64,000 nucleotides of DNA. It comes from Macrostomum lignano. Its lineage: Eukaryota. Position 1 is the stretch's first letter. Every line of letters starts with the position of its first letter. Below are positions 61,621 through 64,000 of the stretch, in pieces. Below the pieces are notes generated by a model, which was not told the DNA's origin, made no database searches, and worked only from the letters and a program-made list of their open reading frames with translations. Location of the stretch: NCBI GenBank assembly GCA_002269645.1, contig NIVC01001000.1:124001-188000 (forward strand). The letters are read 5' to 3'. Both the position numbers and the translations under genes were made by a program.

Positions 61621-62730
61621 ATGCGCCGGGGCTCTGTCGCCTGCCCGTTTTGTCCCAGGCGGTTCTGCCGCACCCGACCGACAGCGGCGCAGTACTTGCG
61701 TCATGTGCGGTCACACGGAATTGGCCGCGACTCGGAGCCTGAGGAGGCGGCTGCGACCAACTCAGAAGCTGGCAGAGCGGCGGCGGTCGAGCAGGTCGCG
61801 TCTCGCAATGGGTCAGCGATGCAGCCGTGTGCAGATGGCAGTCGTGCAGTGACAAATAGTGCTCAGGGTCTCCAGAAGCCGTTCCAGTGCGACACTTGTC
61901 AAAAGAAGTTCTCCTGGAGAAGCTATCTCAATGCTCACATTAGTGTGGTGCACAGGAAGGCAAAACCGCGCAAATGCAAGCGGTGTTGGAAGTCCTTCTC
62001 AGCAAAACACGATCTGCACGTGCACAGCCGGTCTCACACTGGTGAAAGACCGTTTGAGTGCAAGGTGTGCGGCAAGAGATTCAGTGTCAGCAGCAGCCTT
62101 ACTACACACTCCAGGCTGCACACAGGAGAAAAGCCATTTGAGTGCAAAGTGTGCGGCAAGAGATTCAGTGTCAGCAGCCATCTCACTAGGCACTCCAGGC
62201 TGCACACAGGAGAAAAGCCATTTGAGTGCAAAGTGTGCGGCAAGAGATTCAGTGTCAACAGCAGCCTTACTACACACTCCAGGCTGCACACAGGAGAAAA
62301 GCCATTTTAGTGCAAAGTGTGCAGCAAGAGATTCAGTGACAGCAGCAGCCTTACTACACACTCCAGGCTGCACACAGGAGAAAAGCCATTTGAGTGCAAG
62401 GTGTGCGGCAAGAGATTCAGTATCAGCAGCCATCTCACTAGGCACTCCAGGCTGCACACAGGAGAAAAGCCATTTGAGTGCAAAGTGTGCGGCAAGAGAT
62501 TCAGTGTCAGCAGCAGCCATCTCACTAGGCACTTCAGGCTGCACACAGGAGAAAAGCCATTTGAGTGCAAAGCGTGCGGCAAGAGATTCAGTGACAGCAG
62601 CCATCTCACTAGGCACTTCAGGCTGCACACAGGAGAAAAGCCATTTGAGTGCAAAGTGTGCGGCAAGAGATTCAGTGTCAGCAGCCATTTTACTAGGCAC
62701 TCAAGGCTCCACACAAGAAAAGCCATTTGA
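61621..62730 (+). pseudogene. C2H2 zinc-finger copy R3: 8-finger array with one internal nonsense codon (GAG>TAG, 62308-62310)
   Basis: ORFs 61621-62310 and 62317-62730 are in the same frame; may still encode a 229-aa truncated protein. Confidence 0.75.
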
Positions 62731-62974
62731 GTGCAAAGTGTGCGGCAAGAAATTCTATCAAGTCAAGAATCTTAAGTGGCACTCCGACTGCACTTTCTGT
62801 AACGAATATTCACCCTTGCGGCGCTCCGTCATTGCCGACGTGCACAATCGGTCTTGGTCTTTAGTGTGCTCGCAATCCTTTAGCAGCTGTTTTGTCGTTT
62901 TATTCATGATCTTCGGACTTTGTTGAATTCTCTTAAGGCATTCGGAAGCTAATCCAATATCCAATTAAAGACAG

Positions 62975-63333
62975 CACCTAATGGCCAGTTAGTGACAGCA
63001 CTTAATGACCAGTCAGTGAGAGCACTCAATGACCAGTTAGTGACAGCACTCAATGACCAGTTAGTGACAGCACTCAATGACCAGTTAGTGACAGCACTCA
63101 ATGAGCAGCCAGTGAGAGCACTCAATGACCAGTTAGTGACAGCACTCAATGACCAGTTAGTGACAGCGCTCAATGACCAGTTAGTGACAGCACTCAATGA
63201 GCAGTTAGTGACAGCACTCAATGACCAGTTAGTGACAGCACTCAACGACCAGTTAGTGACATCACTCAATGACCAGTTAGTGACAGCACTCAATGACCAG
63301 TTAGTGACACTTACAGCAATCAATGACCAGTAG
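62975..63333. repeat. 24-bp minisatellite
   Basis: Direct reading. Confidence 0.95.
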
Positions 63334-64000
63334 GCACTGCATATACTATACTGCACTGTACTGCTAGATCAGCTTTTTACTTTGTTTTCCTGCTAAAGGT
63401 TTCCAATTGTTTCCGAATCATTTCATTACTTACTGTAGAAGTGCTTAGCACTTGAACTTTTCCTTTGACTCCCTAGCTTGCGTTTCGATTTTGTTCAATA
63501 AAGCGTTATTATCGAACCTTTTCTCCCCTGTATTTATAAATTACACCGGTGGCATTCAAATTTTACTTGTTTTCTTTACTAATTGTTTTGTTTAAATGTT
63601 TGCCAGGATATTTTAATTGCTTTTTTAATGACTTGATAGGCAACGTAAACCCATCCACCTGTGCTTTTTATTTGTGCATATAACAGCAAATCCTTTAATC
63701 GCCCCGGGTGTTTTCATTTCTGACAAATAATTGCTTAATTGCTGCTGCTATGCTGACTACTACAGTTATATAATCGTGGGTCAGCAATTTCGTCTTGTTA
63801 ATTTTGCAGCAAATGATAATAAGAGTATATTCATACGTATTCTAAGAGAAATTTCATAAAAAGTACATAAGTGAAATTCGGTGCACGGGTAGCTACAAAA
63901 AACAAGTTTAAAAATATTTTTGCCTTTATTCATTAAAATGAACCTCAATGCATTCAGATGCAAATTGAATGCTTGAATCTTTTGTCTCCATACTAAAATA

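Larger units (their letters stand above)
34697..64000 (+). repeat. Right arm of the inverted duplication
   Basis: Mirror copy of the left arm. It differs by SNPs, small indels and satellite lengths, so it is not an exact duplicate. Confidence 0.95.
56041..64000 (+). repeat. Tandem array of ZF-gene units (ATG spacings 2698 and 2361 bp); fourth unit cut by the window end
   Basis: ATGs at 56562, 59260 and 61621; 63334-64000 repeats the upstream region. Confidence 0.93.

Overview
Eukaryotic (metazoan) DNA. The poly-Ala/Gln-rich exons and minisatellite-filled introns suggest a flatworm such as Macrostomum, but that is inference only. The window is one large head-to-head inverted duplication. The left arm (to 29721, where it ends at an 862-N gap) is the reverse complement of the right arm (from 34697), around a ~5 kb spacer. 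Reading outward from the centre, each arm holds the 3' half of ZC4H2, a dead RTE-like LINE, MED19, SCFD1/SLY1 and a tandem array of ~2.4-2.7 kb units. Each unit is a single-exon, KRAB-less C2H2 zinc-finger gene plus a 24-bp satellite. The only visible 5' coding exon of ZC4H2 lies in the unique spacer. Best candidates for new biology: (1) zinc-finger genes whose 84-bp finger repeats vary almost only at helix positions -1, +3 and +6, shuffle a stop-carrying 'terminator' finger, and appear to amplify by crossover in the flanking satellite; (2) the palindrome that splits ZC4H2 into one 5' end and two 3' ends; (3) a Helentron/Helitron2-like insertion in one finger gene. The duplication may instead be two haplotypes or homeologs mis-scaffolded across the gap, and some 1-bp indels may be consensus errors. 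Sequence alone cannot settle either point. Protein identifications rest on recalled human sequences, not on searches.
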